Source: Octopus sinensis
Lineage: Eukaryota
DNA: 64,000 nucleotides
NCBI RefSeq assembly: GCF_006345805.1
Contig: NC_042997.1
Location: forward strand, 125,984,001 to 126,048,000
Reading direction: 5' to 3'
Shown: positions 1 to 12,063 of the stretch, one piece after another
Layout of the letters: each line of letters opens with the position of its first letter
Numbering within the stretch: the stretch's first letter is position 1
The notes under the pieces: model-generated
Database searches by the model: none
The model's input: the letters and a program-made list of their open reading frames with translations, nothing else
What the model was told of the DNA's origin: nothing
Position numbers and translations under genes: made by a program

Positions 1-191
1 AGTGTTAACTAAAGTAGGAGATAATTAAGGAAGTATAGTATATACCCTGCTGGTATAATGGTTATGTCCTTTAAGTATTATTTTGTGATGTGCAAATGGA
101 TACCATGAGTTTACTTTCAGATATTCTCATTAGGTTAACTTTTTTGTATTATCTGAAATAGAATACCCGTATATCTATTAATCCCCAATAC

Positions 192-234
<43 letters not shown>

Positions 235-319
235 CTAACATGATATTTAGTTTGGAAACTTACAATTTTATTTTTTTTAACTTAGAAATTAATTTATCAG
301 CTTTATTAAGTCAGTTTAC

Positions 320-547
320 TTAACCCTTTAGCATTCTGATTTTTCTGTCAAACATAATGCTTATTTATTCACACTGATGAAAAATTAGTCATGCATTACC
401 TTGAAGTTTTGAGGTTTAAATGATGTGATTGTTTATTTTTAGAATAATACTGAAGGGTGGTATCAGAGGCCAGATCTGGCCAGTTTAAAGATAAAACATG
501 TAGATTATTTTTGCTGAATATGGCTGGTTCAAATGCTAAAGGGTTAA
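320..547. mobile_element. piggyBac-type MITE family 2
   Basis: TTAA-CCCTTTAGCATT...AATGCTAAAGGG-TTAA. Confidence 0.8.
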
Positions 548-801
548 TGATATACTTTTAGATAAATATAATCTGGTTTATTTTTCAACCATTTTATTTT
601 TAGCTTACATTTCATTCTATGTTTAAAACACATTCACTTTTAATTGAAATTAAAATAAGTCAAATGTGTGGAACAAGAGAGAGCGAGAGAGAAAGGGAGA
701 GAGAAAGAAAGGGAGAGCGAGAGAAAGAAAGACTACTGTAATAGTTAATAAACCTAAATTATATATATGAGATTTTTACCTATTTCATGATATATTTTAT
801 T

Positions 802-1160
802 TACATTATTTAAATTTGACGGATATTTGTCCTCATCTTGTTTATTGTTAACACAACATTTCAAGTGATATACCCTCCAGCCTTCAGCAGGTGTCTTGGG
901 GAAATTTCGAACCTGGGTTCTCATTCCTAAGGTATTATTATTCAGGTCACAGCCTGGCATCTCTTGAAAATATGACTGTTAAATACAGCTTATTGGTTTT
1001 TATAAAGAGTGGTGTATTTAAAAACAAAAATACCTTAGGAATGAGAACCCAGGTTCGAAATTTCCCCAAGACACCTGATGAAGGCTGGAGGGTATATCAG
1101 CCAAAATGTGCTAACAACAAACAAGATGAGGACAAATATCCATCAAATGTAAATAATGTA
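802..1160. repeat. Inverted repeat (arms 802-936 and 1029-1160), each arm with a hammerhead relic
   Basis: Right arm GACAC-CTGATGA-A-GGCTG(GAGGGTATAT)CAGCC-AAAATGTG. Left arm (minus strand) GACAC-CTGCTGA-AGGCTG...GAAATGTT/GTGTT. Confidence 0.85.
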
Positions 1161-1183
1161 CATATATATATATATTTGAAAAC

Positions 1184-1349
1184 ATATTTGAAAAAAATAA
1201 ATAGAAATGGCTTTTCTGCTAATTTTTCCACTTTAATCATTAGATGTTTACAAGTTTGCTTATAAACATCTTGTAAACTTATAAACATCAAATTATTGAA
1301 GTGGAAAAATTATCAGAAAAGCCGTTTCTATTCATTTTTTCACAAATAT
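1184..1349. repeat. Foldback (palindromic) element with about 68-bp arms
   Basis: ATATTTG...GATGTTTA and TAAACATC...CAAATAT are reverse complements with few mismatches. Confidence 0.8.
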
Positions 1350-1407
1350 ATATTATACTGTACCAAAGATTTTCTATTTCTTATTCTACTCTATATCTAT
1401 CTATCTA

Positions 1408-1490
<83 letters not shown>

Positions 1491-2199
1491 ATTTAGCTAT
1501 TCAATACATTGGTTTATAGGTTTGGCATCTCTTGAAAACATGACTGTTAAATACAGCTTATTGGTTTTTATAAAGGGTGGTGTATTTTTTTAAAAAATTA
1601 ATTTATATATTGGTTTACAATATCGTAGTATAATCATAGCCAACTAACTAGAATCGGTCAAAGAGTAACATTTTTGGGGGCATTTTAGTTCTGAATAGTA
1701 ATTTGTTTATTAAGTAATATTAGTAACAACCAAATTATTAGAGGTCATTTTATTTGGATTGATCCCTAAGTATTACTGGTTGTGTGTGCATGCTAATTTA
1801 GAGTATTTCTGCAGTATAACCTTTCCTCTTTATTTAATGTTGGGAAAATACAGGTGGAACTTTGAAGTCATTATCAAGCTTTCCTTAATGAAAATAAATT
1901 AATTCTATTGAACATTTTTTACAATTAATGCTTGATTGTTTCTTTATGGATGATTTTACATAAAATACATACAGTTGAATGAATATAATTTTTTGAGAAA
2001 CTATAAGTAAAGATCACCATGAACATCATAACACATGTGAAACCGGTTGAGAAATATGTAGAAAAACTAAAGAAATTTAAGTGTGCATTTTCAACTTAAA
2101 TTCTTTTCTTTTTTCTCTGTGTATGTGGAGATAGAGGGGAGGTGGAGAGAAAGAACTATAAATTATATATAGACCATATAGTCATCTTAAGACAATTAC

Positions 2200-2690
2200 A
2201 AATTAATGAAAGCTACTATAATCAATACTGAGGTGAATTACCGCTTCAAAACTATTTACTACTCTCGTTGTTACAATAAAAACTATCACCCCTTCTAACA
2301 TCTCAAGCTACCAATAACTTTCATAGACAAACCAGTTCTTTTTAAAGACATCAGCCTTATCCTCCAAAATAACATTTAAGAAGAAACACAACACTGTTCT
2401 ATTAGTAAGGTGTAATACTCCACTTGAAAACAAAAATGAAAAGATTAACTATCCTAGACTATTAACACCTACCAATGTTTATAAATTAGATCACCTAGAA
2501 TTAATCACCAACACTTCATACAAATATATCTTTTACAAAATGCTAATTAGAATCTTATCTATTGTTTCTAATTTTCCTCTCCTCTATTAAGGTTCTTCAC
2601 TCAACAAATGTGCATTTACTACAGTGTTTTAACACTATCGTTATTATATCAATGAACTTTTGTTGACAATGTAATTTAGAAGAGACACCA
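2200..2690 (+). pseudogene. Possible decayed Penelope-like RT thumb relic
   Basis: HPF*HLKLPITFI...SALSSKITFK resembles the SNHP..I.K.LP..I..R.S.LSS...F segment of Penelope-like RTs. Weak. Confidence 0.3.
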
Positions 2691-3467
2691 AGACGTAATC
2701 TATAAAACAGGATATGTGTTGTGAGTTAACAGCTTATTTTATCATTTATCTTTATTTTTACTTATTTCAGTCATTTGACAGCGGCCATGCTGGGGCACCA
2801 TCCTGAAGAATTTTTAGTCATCAGAATTGACCCTAGTACTTTTTTTTAAGCCTGGTATTTATTCTATCAATCTCTTTTGCTGAACTGCTAAATTATGGAG
2901 ATGTAAACACACCAACACAGGTTGTCAAGTAGTGGCCAGGGACAAACACAGAAACACACACACACATACATAAGTATAATGGGTTTCTTTTAGTTCCATC
3001 TACCAAATCCACTCAATAAACTTTGGTGAGCCCAAGGCTATAGTAGAAAACACTTGCCCAAGGTGCCATGCAATGGATTTGAACCCAGAACCATGTGGTT
3101 CAGAAGCAAACTTCTTATCATACAGCTACACCTGTGTCTACAAGCCATGCCTGCACCTAATAAAAATTATTTTCTTTCAGCTTTTTAGTGTGATTGGTAA
3201 CAATACCAAAAGAAAATGTAGTTCCACTGACTGATAAATATTTCAGAAACCCTAGTGATTTAAATGATAAAATACCTCAATTCACATAGAAATAAAGCTA
3301 ATCTTATTTATATTCATTTGTATTCCTTCTCTAGAATATTTTTATTTATTTTCACAGTTGAGGACTAAGATTAGATTGCTAACTTCAACAAATATCTTTC
3401 AGAAAGATTACTTAATGACTTCAGAGGAAAGAAATCTAAAACAATTATTTCTAACACAAGAAAAATG

Positions 3468-3672
3468 TACAGGGTGCAGCAGAAAAACCATCCATATTCT
3501 ATAGGGTCATTCATGTGGTACTAGTGAAGGTAGACAGATAGTAACAGTGTCTTCAAGTAGCTTTTTTTTGTTTTTAGTTGCCATCACAGTTTAAAGTAGT
3601 GTTTGTAGTATGTTTGGTGCTACAACATTTATCAAAAATGTAAACTACGGGATCTTTTTTGCTGCACCCCTA
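3468..3672. mobile_element. Tc1/mariner-type MITE
   Basis: TA-CAGGGTGCAGCAGAAAAA ... TTTTTTGCTGCACCCC-TA. Confidence 0.6.
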
Positions 3673-4204
3673 TTATAAAGCAAAAGGAAGCTGTTGATAA
3701 GCAGAACTCCAAATCCAATTTTCATTCTGTTTAAAATGTTTGAATTCACTACTATCATTAATGCTTTGAGAATGGCATGAATATCACAACTCCAATTTTG
3801 TGAGAAATAATTTACCCCATGAATAATATTCATGATGCCTAATGTTTAGAAGAAGAAAGTGACTAGCTGTGATATTCAAGCATTTCTCAGACATATTTAG
3901 ATTCATATTAATATTGATTTCCTATTTATATTTCCTTCCATTTATTTATATCGCATTTTTTTTGCTGCTATTTACTATTCTTTTTTTTTTTATGCAGAAA
4001 AATCCTTGAGAATTGACCGATTATCTAAGAGAATTGTTCAACAAGGTTCTGGAAACACAGAATGCAAGTTAATACATTCAATAGAGACAGGGAGGAAATT
4101 ATCAGAGAAAAGTAAGAAAGCATCAAAGATTAATTTGGGCAAACCAAAGAGATTAGTAAGGTGATACAATAAGGCGGTTTGAAGTAGAGTAACATAATAC
4201 TCAC

Positions 4205-4319
4205 TCTGTTTCTTTGCCAGAAGTCGAAGGGCAATGTTTTCCTGCTTCAGACGAGTGTTGGTGTTCTGTATGTAACGAATGTAGTCAATGGCTTTGCGCA
4301 GGATAGCAGATTTATTCAA
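4205..4319 (-). CDS. SREBF: SREBP coding exon 5 (helix 2 and leucine zipper)
   Basis: Acceptor TTGCAG|TTG, donor CAG A|GTGAGT, 115 nt, reading [38 protein letters not shown]. The GTEAK|LNKS junction is as in vertebrate SREBPs. No further exon was recognised in 1-4204, so the gene continues beyond the window. Confidence 0.97.
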
Positions 4320-4759
4320 CTGCAACATAAAAAAGGGAAAAATCATATATATATATTATAAGTAATATGTTGAATACAGTAAAATGGGAATTGTAAATGT
4401 AAGACATGTGTATATCAATCTTAAGTTGCCAAATCTGTACACACTTTAAACATTCATAGAGACACAGACACACATACACATTCATCCACAATACAGGACA
4501 TGTTTACAAATGGTTTCTGTCCACCTGTTCCACTGACAAAACATTGGTCAGCCTGAGGCCACCTGATGACACCGGCCCAAGATGCCATGCAGTAAGATTG
4601 AACGCAAATTCACATGGTTACAAAACAACTCTACATTCACAAAAACATGCCTATGTCTATATGTATCATTCCATTTTTACAAAGGCAGAGATTTGGTTCT
4701 TATTTCTAGCAGGTCAAGTGACAGCATAAAGGATCTCCAGTTAGCTTGTCAAATAGAGT

Positions 4760-4988
4760 TTAACCCTTTCATTACCAACCCGGCTGAAACCGGCTCTGGC
4801 TCTGTGGTACAAATGTCTTGTTTTCATAAGTTTTCAATTAAAATCTTCCACCAAACCTTAGTCACAATTTATGTTCCTAACACTAGCTTAATGATAACTA
4901 AGTTATTTTACTAAATTCTTTGTTATATTTAAAGTAATTGAAAGAAACACAGAGCATCTCAACAGAAATATGGTAACAAAAGGGTTAA
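4760..4988. mobile_element. piggyBac-type MITE family 1
   Basis: TTAA-CCCTTTCATTAC...GTAACAAAAGGG-TTAA, 229 bp including TSDs. Confidence 0.85.
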
Positions 4989-5020
4989 AGCAAAATAGAA
5001 AATAACAAATTTCAACGTAC

Positions 5021-5323
5021 CTTTGCTTCAGTTCCAACAACCAGGTTCTTCAACTCAATTATCTTATCATTAATACTAAGGCGATAACGTTTCTCAATAG
5101 CATTGTGAGCTGTTCTCTTCTCTCCTCTATTCTTTTTCAGTGGACTAGTGTTTAGTCGGTTGATAGGCAGCTTATCTCCTTCACCAACCATTTGCAGAGG
5201 AATGCTTGTGGTCAGTATTGTGTTGCCACTGGTCACTAGAGAATTTGATGCTGGTGGACTGGCCAGTGTCACAACATTACCATTAACTTCCTGGGGTTTT
5301 ATCAGTTGAGACTGAATAAGAAG
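5021..5323 (-). CDS. SREBF: SREBP coding exon 4 (basic region and helix 1 of the bHLH-Zip)
   Basis: Acceptor TTTCAG|CTT, donor AAG|GTACGT, 303 nt. Encodes DKLPINRL and [34 protein letters not shown], with the SREBP-specific Tyr in place of the usual bHLH Arg. Confidence 0.97.
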
Positions 5324-5410
5324 CTGAAACAACAGGGAAATTGAATTACAGGTGTGTGTGTGTGTGTGTGCGTGCACGCGTGTGTGTGCGCGCACGCGTG
5401 TGTGTGCATG

Positions 5411-5500
5411 AGCCTGGTGCAGCCTTCTGGCTCGCCAGACCTCAGTCAAACCGTCCAACGCATGCCAGCATGGAAAACAGACGTTAAACAACGATGATGA

Positions 5501-5503
<3 letters not shown>
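5411..5503 (+). mobile_element. RTE family A 3' end (short)
   Basis: Terminal 90 nt of the family with a GAT tail, 90 nt from SREBP exon 4. Confidence 0.8.
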
Positions 5504-5540
<37 letters not shown>

Positions 5541-5789
5541 TATATATATAAATAAGGATAAGATCGTTAATCTAAAAATAAAATAACGATTTTATCAAGT
5601 GGTCAGCATGGAAAAAATAACCTTCAAAGGTAATAATTAGAATTATCCAGTAATTTTTTTACTAGTTTCATCTTGTCTCTTTGTTTTCTCTCCATGTTGA
5701 TATATGGACAATTAAGGTGGTTTTAGAGTCAGATCATGGCTGCTATTTTCAGCATGGTGGTATCTCATAGATACCCTAATTTATAATTT

Positions 5790-5926
<137 letters not shown>

Positions 5927-6884
5927 TCAGGAGTCACATTGATATCACAAAAAATAGCAAAAATATTAATATCAATCAAATAAAAGAAACAACAACTTAA
6001 GGAATTAATGAAAAATAAAAAATATAACTGTATAGATATGGAAAAAAAAGATGTAATATAGATTCAGCTGAGGCAAGAATGATCTTATTTAGCAAAAATC
6101 CTCTTTTCAAAAAAAATCAGAAAGAACTACTTGTAACTATAAAATATACAAAAACATGCATTTTCAACACGTTATGTTTACATTAGAATTTCTATTGTAA
6201 TTATGTAACTATTTAACTTGAACTCACCACCAAAATCAAGGGCAACATATGAACAATATCTAATCTTTACATCTCCAACTTTTGTTTAGATTTTTTTTGT
6301 TTACTTTTGGTAAGATTTTTAAAATATTTTTCATTTTATATACAACTGAAAGCAACTAGGGTTATTTTACCTTTAAAAATTTTATAACTAAATTAATTAT
6401 AAAATAGCTAGATAATATCTTGACTAAAATTACTGATCCTGAAAGATTAACATTATTAATAGCCCTAAACCATAAAGAGTAGTAATAACACATTTTTAAC
6501 CTATTTCTAGCTTGACTTAATTATTAATATAAAATTATCTGATAACATATCTTAACAGATACATGTATGAATGAGGATATGCTTGTTTGCAGTTGTGTGT
6601 GCATATGCATGCTAGGGACTCTTTGCATTGCACTTTGTAAAGTGGGTGGAGTGTTTGAAGACAGGTAACATTAAGATGAGAAAACTATTTAGTTGTGTCA
6701 AAAAACATGCCAGCCTCTCAAGAGCTGGTGCATCCACAAACTCTTTAAAGAAGTTGATGTTAGGAAGAGCATCCAACAGCAGCAGCAGAAAACTATACCA
6801 AAAATGAAATGAATGAACAAGGTGTAATCTCTGCCCTGGGGTGGATGCAAGACAATAACACCAAATAACAACTGCAAATATATA

Positions 6885-7290
6885 TATATTACTTGTTTCA
6901 GTCATTTGACTGTGGCCATGCTGGAGTACCGCCTTTAGTTGAGCAAATTGACCAAAGGACTTATTCTTTGTAAGCCTAGTACTTATTCTATCAGTCTCTT
7001 TTGCCGAACCAGTAAGTTACGGGGACATAAACACACCACCATCGGTTGTCAAACGATATTGGGGGGACAAACACAGACACACAAACGTATACACACACAC
7101 ACACATGCATATATATATATATATATAGATACATATATACACAACAGGCTTCTTTCAGTTTTCATCTACCAAATCCACACACAAGGCTTTGGTTGGCCCG
7201 AGGCTATAGTAGAAGACACTTGCCCAAGGTGCCACGCAGTGGGACTGAACCCAGAACCATATGGTAAGCTACTTACCACACAGCCACTTC
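6885..7290 (-). mobile_element. SINE family B (other copies at about 2755-3135, 17640-17975, 24480-25050, 26625-26942, 51268-51480, 56880-57040; the copy at 58995-63120 is split by the RTE)
   Basis: Reverse-complement of 40803-41195. Confidence 0.85.
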
Positions 7291-7683
7291 TATATATATA
7301 TATATATATATATGGAGAAAGAGAGAGAGAGAGAGAGTAACATCCATATTGTGAGTCTCCTCTCTCTATCACCACACTTAACACTTTCCCAGTCCTTGCA
7401 CTTCAGTACTGTAACCCTCTGGTATCTCTCTCCAACATACTTTTACTCCATAGACCAGCTAATAGATATTCAAGCTGATCACAAACCACATCAATCTCAC
7501 CAGTATGTGTGAACCTACAAATGCCATGGGGGTCTGTCCCTCCTTCTGTATTTCATTCTTTTTTTTTTTTATGAATGCTCTGAATATTATTGTAGGCCAA
7601 AGGGGCTTAGCCAATAATATAACCTGCTTACTGTTTCATCTATTATGCAAGAAGACACAAGGAGGCTGAAGGACAATGGTTAC

Positions 7684-8040
7684 CTGTTGTAACTGTTGCA
7701 TGTTGACCGGGCTGGTTGTAGTCACATTTTGCAGAGAGGAAATTCCATTTGATGTAACATTTACATTCACAGGTTGCTGTTGTTGCTGTGGTTGTTGTTG
7801 TAGCTGTTGTGGTTGTTGTTGCTGTGGTGGTTGTGGTGGAAGCTGCTGCGGCTGCGGCTGCTGCTGTTGATGATGATGATGAGGCTGTACAACTGTTTGT
7901 GGAGATGTTGCAACAACCGCTTGAGGTACAACTTGTTGAAGTTGTTGTTGTTGTTGTTGTTGTTGTTGTGGTACTGCTGCTGTTGCCGTTGTTGCTTGTT
8001 GTTGTGGAAGTTGTTGTTGATGGAGAAGCAAGTTGATCTG
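7684..8040 (-). CDS. SREBF: SREBP coding exon 3 (Gln-rich)
   Basis: Acceptor TTTTTGTAG|CAG ATC AAC TTG, donor CAG|GTAACC at 7684. 357 nt, phase 0-0, reading QINLLLHQQQLPQQQ...NMQQLQQ (part of ORF 7636..8031). Confidence 0.88.
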
Positions 8041-8271
8041 CTACAAAAATATTTAATAAAAAAAAGTATAAACAAATACTGCAACAAAATGTGGTCGGTA
8101 ACACTACAACACTGACCAAACAGATTGAAAGAGAAAGTAATCTTCCAAAGCCGTTTAACTGTTCAGAATATTGGTCTGCAGTCTGCTACAATAGATGAAA
8201 GCAGAAACAACCAGATGGTTCTACTGTAAAATTGTTTTTATTATAACTCAACATAAAAACAAACATATATA

Positions 8272-8321
<50 letters not shown>

Positions 8322-8382
8322 ATATACCATTCGCCATGATAGACCTCTAGCCACTACACATTCTTTATTTTCTCTCCTTGTT

Positions 8383-8415
8383 TCTTTCTGAGAAAGAGAA
8401 TAGGCTCGAAAGGGT
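8383..8415 (+). ncRNA. Hammerhead relic
   Basis: TCTTT-CTGAGAA-AGAG(AATAG)GCTC-GAAA; flanked by (TA)n on both sides. Confidence 0.4.
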
Positions 8416-8503
8416 TTTTTCACTTCTCGAGCGTTAAACTAATACATCTGTTTGTTGTCTACACCACCTGTCTTCGTCTTTTGTTTTTTTGTGAATTCTC
8501 CCC

Positions 8504-8569
<66 letters not shown>

Positions 8570-8631
8570 ATACGCATCTTAGAAGACTAGAATGGAATAA
8601 AGGAAGCAAGAGCACACATGAAAATGAAAAG

Positions 8632-8675
8632 TGTTGCTGAAGAGGTCACAGATGTGTGACAAAAGATTTCCAGAC
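8632..8675 (+). ncRNA. Hammerhead relic (G12 to A)
   Basis: GTGTTG-CTGAAGA-G-GTCACA(GATG)TGTGAC-AAA-AGATTT-C/CAGAC. Confidence 0.5.
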
Positions 8676-9355
8676 AATAGACATGAGTTAAAATAATAAA
8701 ATAAGAACAGTAATAAATGTGTGAAGAAAAAATATATATATATAGTGCATGTGTTTATTTGGCAAAAAAAAAAAAGAGGAAAAAAAATGACCATCCAGAA
8801 ATACAACAATATCTGTTTCAACACACGATTTCACATCAGAATCTTACAAAATGAATTGATAAACGTGTATGTATGTATGTATATATATATATACATTCAG
8901 ATATGAATTAGAAGCAGTGCTAGTGTTATAAACATTATCAAACACACATACACAATGTATATAGCTTGCTCACTGGTAGGCTGTGATTTAGCATGGTGGA
9001 AATGACTCCCTCAAAGTGCTAGGTGTTAAAACATGTGAAAGTTACAGACTGGCGAGACAACTCACCCAAATTCCAATTAAGGAGCAATGGACATCAATGT
9101 TTCACCATTTTTGTGGCTTATCAACAACGCATACCTGAACCAAATTGGAGGTGAACTGAATCACCAGTCCATGATTATAAACAAATAGTGTAAAAACTGT
9201 TTGCATACATAAGAATAAATTCAAATATTAGATAGAAGCAGAGGTAGGGTTGTAAACACCAAACACATATACTCAATGTATGTGCTCTGCTTCTTCACCG
9301 ATAATGTTGGCAACAGGAAAGGCATCCAGCCATAGAAAATCTGCTTCGACAAAAG

Positions 9356-9590
9356 ACAGCAAGCTGGCAGAAACGTTAGCACGCCAAGCGAACTGCTTAG
9401 CAGTATTTCATCTGACTTTACGTTCTGGGTTCAAATTCCGCCGAGGTCAAACTTTGCCTTTCATCTTTTCGAGGTTAATAAATTAAGTACCAGTTACCCA
9501 CTGGAGTCGATGTAATCGACTTAATCCCTTTCTCTGTCCTTGTTTGTCCCCTCTATGTTTAGCCCCTTGTGGGCAATAAAGAAATAAGAA
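9356..9590 (+). mobile_element. SINE family C (other copies at about 28620-28812, 40330-40550, 42165-42380, 42410-42605, 49080-49420, 50115-50330, 50572-50786, 54790-54960)
   Basis: Same head and body as 47463-47683. Confidence 0.85.
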
Positions 9591-9868
9591 AATCTGCTTC
9601 AATAAACTGTCTGATCATGCAAGCAATAGAAAAGTGGATGTATGATGATGATGATATATGACAGACTTCCATATAATTTCCATCAACCGATTTTACCCAA
9701 AGATATATGTAGAACATGACACAATATGAAAGTAATGGATAATAAACATTACAAAAAGTTTAATTGAAGTAACCATCATATTTCTAATCACAGACAGACA
9801 CCAGCCACTTTTAAGCTATCTTGACAATAGTATACAACCAATTCGAATGGTAATTGTAGTTAAGACAC

Positions 9869-10194
9869 CAGTGCTGGTGACACGTAAAAGCACCGTTTGA
9901 GCATGGCAGTTACTAGCATCGCCTGACTGGTGTCCGTGTCGGTGACACGTAAAAGCACCAACCGATCATGGCCGTTTGCCAGCCTGCACTGGCTCCTGTG
10001 CCAGTGGCATGTAAAAAACACTCACGGAGTGGTTGGCGTTAGGAAGGGCATCCAGCTGTAGAAACACTGCCAAATTCAGACTGGAGCCTGGTGCAGCCTC
10101 CATGGCTTACCAGACCCCGGTCAAACCGTCCAACCCATGCTAGCATGGAAAACTGACGTTAAATGATGATGATGATGATTATGATGATGATGAT
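9869..10194 (+). mobile_element. RTE family A 3' end
   Basis: GAGTGGTTGGCGTTAGGAAGGGCATCCAGCTGTAGAAA...CATGCTAGCATGGAAAACTGACGTTAAATGATGAT. Confidence 0.85.
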
Positions 10195-10279
10195 AGGGCA
10201 TATAGGGGTGATGGTGATGCAGACGTTTCTAAAATTCCAGGCACAAACAGGAAACAAAGAGAAAGAGGCAATAATTTAC

Positions 10280-10519
10280 CTGAGCATTTTGTAATGACGT
10301 TGTCGGTGTAAGGCTGACAATTGGTTGTTGTAGAGAAGAAGTCACAGTAACAGCTTGTAATTGGGGCTGGTTGATGAGCATAGCTTGTGCTAGCTGCTGC
10401 TGCTGCTGCTGTTGTTGTTGTTGCTGCTGCTGCTGTTGTGTTGTTGTTGCTGCTGCTGCTGCTGCTGTTGCTGCTGCTGTTGTTGTTGTTGTTGTTGTTG
10501 TTGCTGCTGCTGCTGCTGT

Positions 10520-10551
<32 letters not shown>

Positions 10552-11036
10552 TTGTTGTGGTTGTGGTGATAAAATCTGTGGAGTCTGCACAATAGAACCA
10601 GTGTTAACAACACTGGTTACTTCCATCGGTTGTGGCTGTGAAGGAACCGGTGTTTGTATTTTAAGCTCATCTTTATGTTGTTGGGAAGCCAACAATGATG
10701 CTTTTAGTTTAGCAAGGGCCAACAACTGGTCATCAGTCAAATTGATGCAGTCAGGGAGATTCTTATCAGAAGCAGGAGCTACTTCAGTTTTTATGAATGT
10801 GTCAGGGACCTGTTGGTTTTCAGCAATTTTCTGTGGAATCACCGTAGTCCCAACATTAGATACAACAGGGGAAGTCTTTGCAGCTTCTTCTTTGTCAGGT
10901 TTGGCAAAATTAAATGAATTAACCAAATCTTCAGAAAGTAATTCTGGATCTTGTTTGATGTTGAAATTGAGTTGACCTCCAAAGAGATCATTTTCTGGAA
11001 GATTTTGTCCATCAGGATAGATATATTTTATCATAT
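10280..11036 (-). CDS. SREBF: SREBP coding exon 2 (S/P/T-rich region plus polyQ), with an apparent 1-nt deletion near 10439
   Basis: Acceptor TTTTCAG|AT ATG ATA; donor GCTCAG|GTAAAT at 10280. The ORF 10390..11049 reads to the polyQ. After CAA CAC AAC at 10443-10436 the sensible frame (QQLAQAMLINQPQLQAVTVTSSLQQPIVSLTPTTSLQNAQ) is shifted by one. The exon is 757 nt but must be 758 to join phase 1 to phase 0. Confidence 0.88.
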
Positions 11037-11179
11037 CTGAAAATAACATGAAAGAAAGACAAATGTTATTTTTTTTTGTTTCAAATCTGTTCCTTTATTC
11101 TAAAACTTTTTTATTTAATTTTGTTTTTTGCTAAAATACAGAAAGAAAAGTTTGTTGAAATATCACACATATTATATGA

Positions 11180-11314
11180 AGGGCATCCAGCTGTAGAAAC
11201 TTTGCCAGATCAGATTGGAGTCTGGTGCAGCCAACTGGTTCGCTAGACCTCAGTCAAATCCTCCAACCCATGCTAGCATGGAAAGCGGACGTTAAATGAT
11301 GATGATGATGATGA
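11180..11314 (+). mobile_element. RTE family A 3' end (short)
   Basis: Same terminal sequence and (GAT)n tail as the other family A copies. Confidence 0.85.
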
Positions 11315-12024
11315 TTTACTTAATATTTTGGTATATTGTGTGTAAGTACCTCAGGAAAATGAAGAAAACAGGCTATAACTTGTAAAATAGAAGATTTGGA
11401 TGGTATGAAGATGTAATGCAGTTAGGAATGAATATAAAGATAATAAACAATCGAGAGAGAGAGAGGCTTTAAAGTAAAATATTTGTAATACAGGAAGACA
11501 GGCTAATATAGATTAGTCTGACTTATTAAATATGAATTGTAATAGAGAAAATCAACTGAGACACTGGAGCAAGATGTAGTCTCCTAACCTATTGAATCCT
11601 GTTAAAGTGTCCAGCCCACAGAAACCAGGTGTACAATAATGCTGGTGGTGATGACGGTGATGATCAACCTACTTAAAATTATTTCCTCTAGGATTACATT
11701 AGCACAGAGTAATCCTTCACAAGCAAGAGACATGGAGAATATCTCAGCAGAGAATTGACTGACATTAGAACAACGAAAAACAAGAGTCAACCATAGCAGA
11801 ATATGAACTCAGAACCTAGAGGAATAAAACTTTATGCCATAAACACATTTAGTACATTTTCTTACTGTTTATGTCCTTGCTCCCTAAAGAATTAATAATG
11901 AGAGAACTGACTGCTTCTAGTGTGTAATCAAGGTAATCAGCAGAATTATCTCAAAGTATTGTACTTTATGTTGACATATTACGATAACAAACATACACAT
12001 ATACATACACACTTGCATACATGT

Positions 12025-12063
<39 letters not shown>

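Noticed and set aside
1-4204. Search for SREBP exon 6 (phase 1 acceptor)
   Set aside because: No ORF with suitable splice sites and SREBP-like sequence was found; it presumably lies beyond the window start.
7643-8119. Alternative-frame ORFs over exon 3 (poly-T/N/V/L)
   Set aside because: They are frame and strand shadows of the CAA/CAG repeats. Only the Gln frame fits the splice phases.
10179-10975. Poly-Cys, poly-Leu and poly-Ser/Asn ORFs over exon 2
   Set aside because: Shadows of the polyQ tract.
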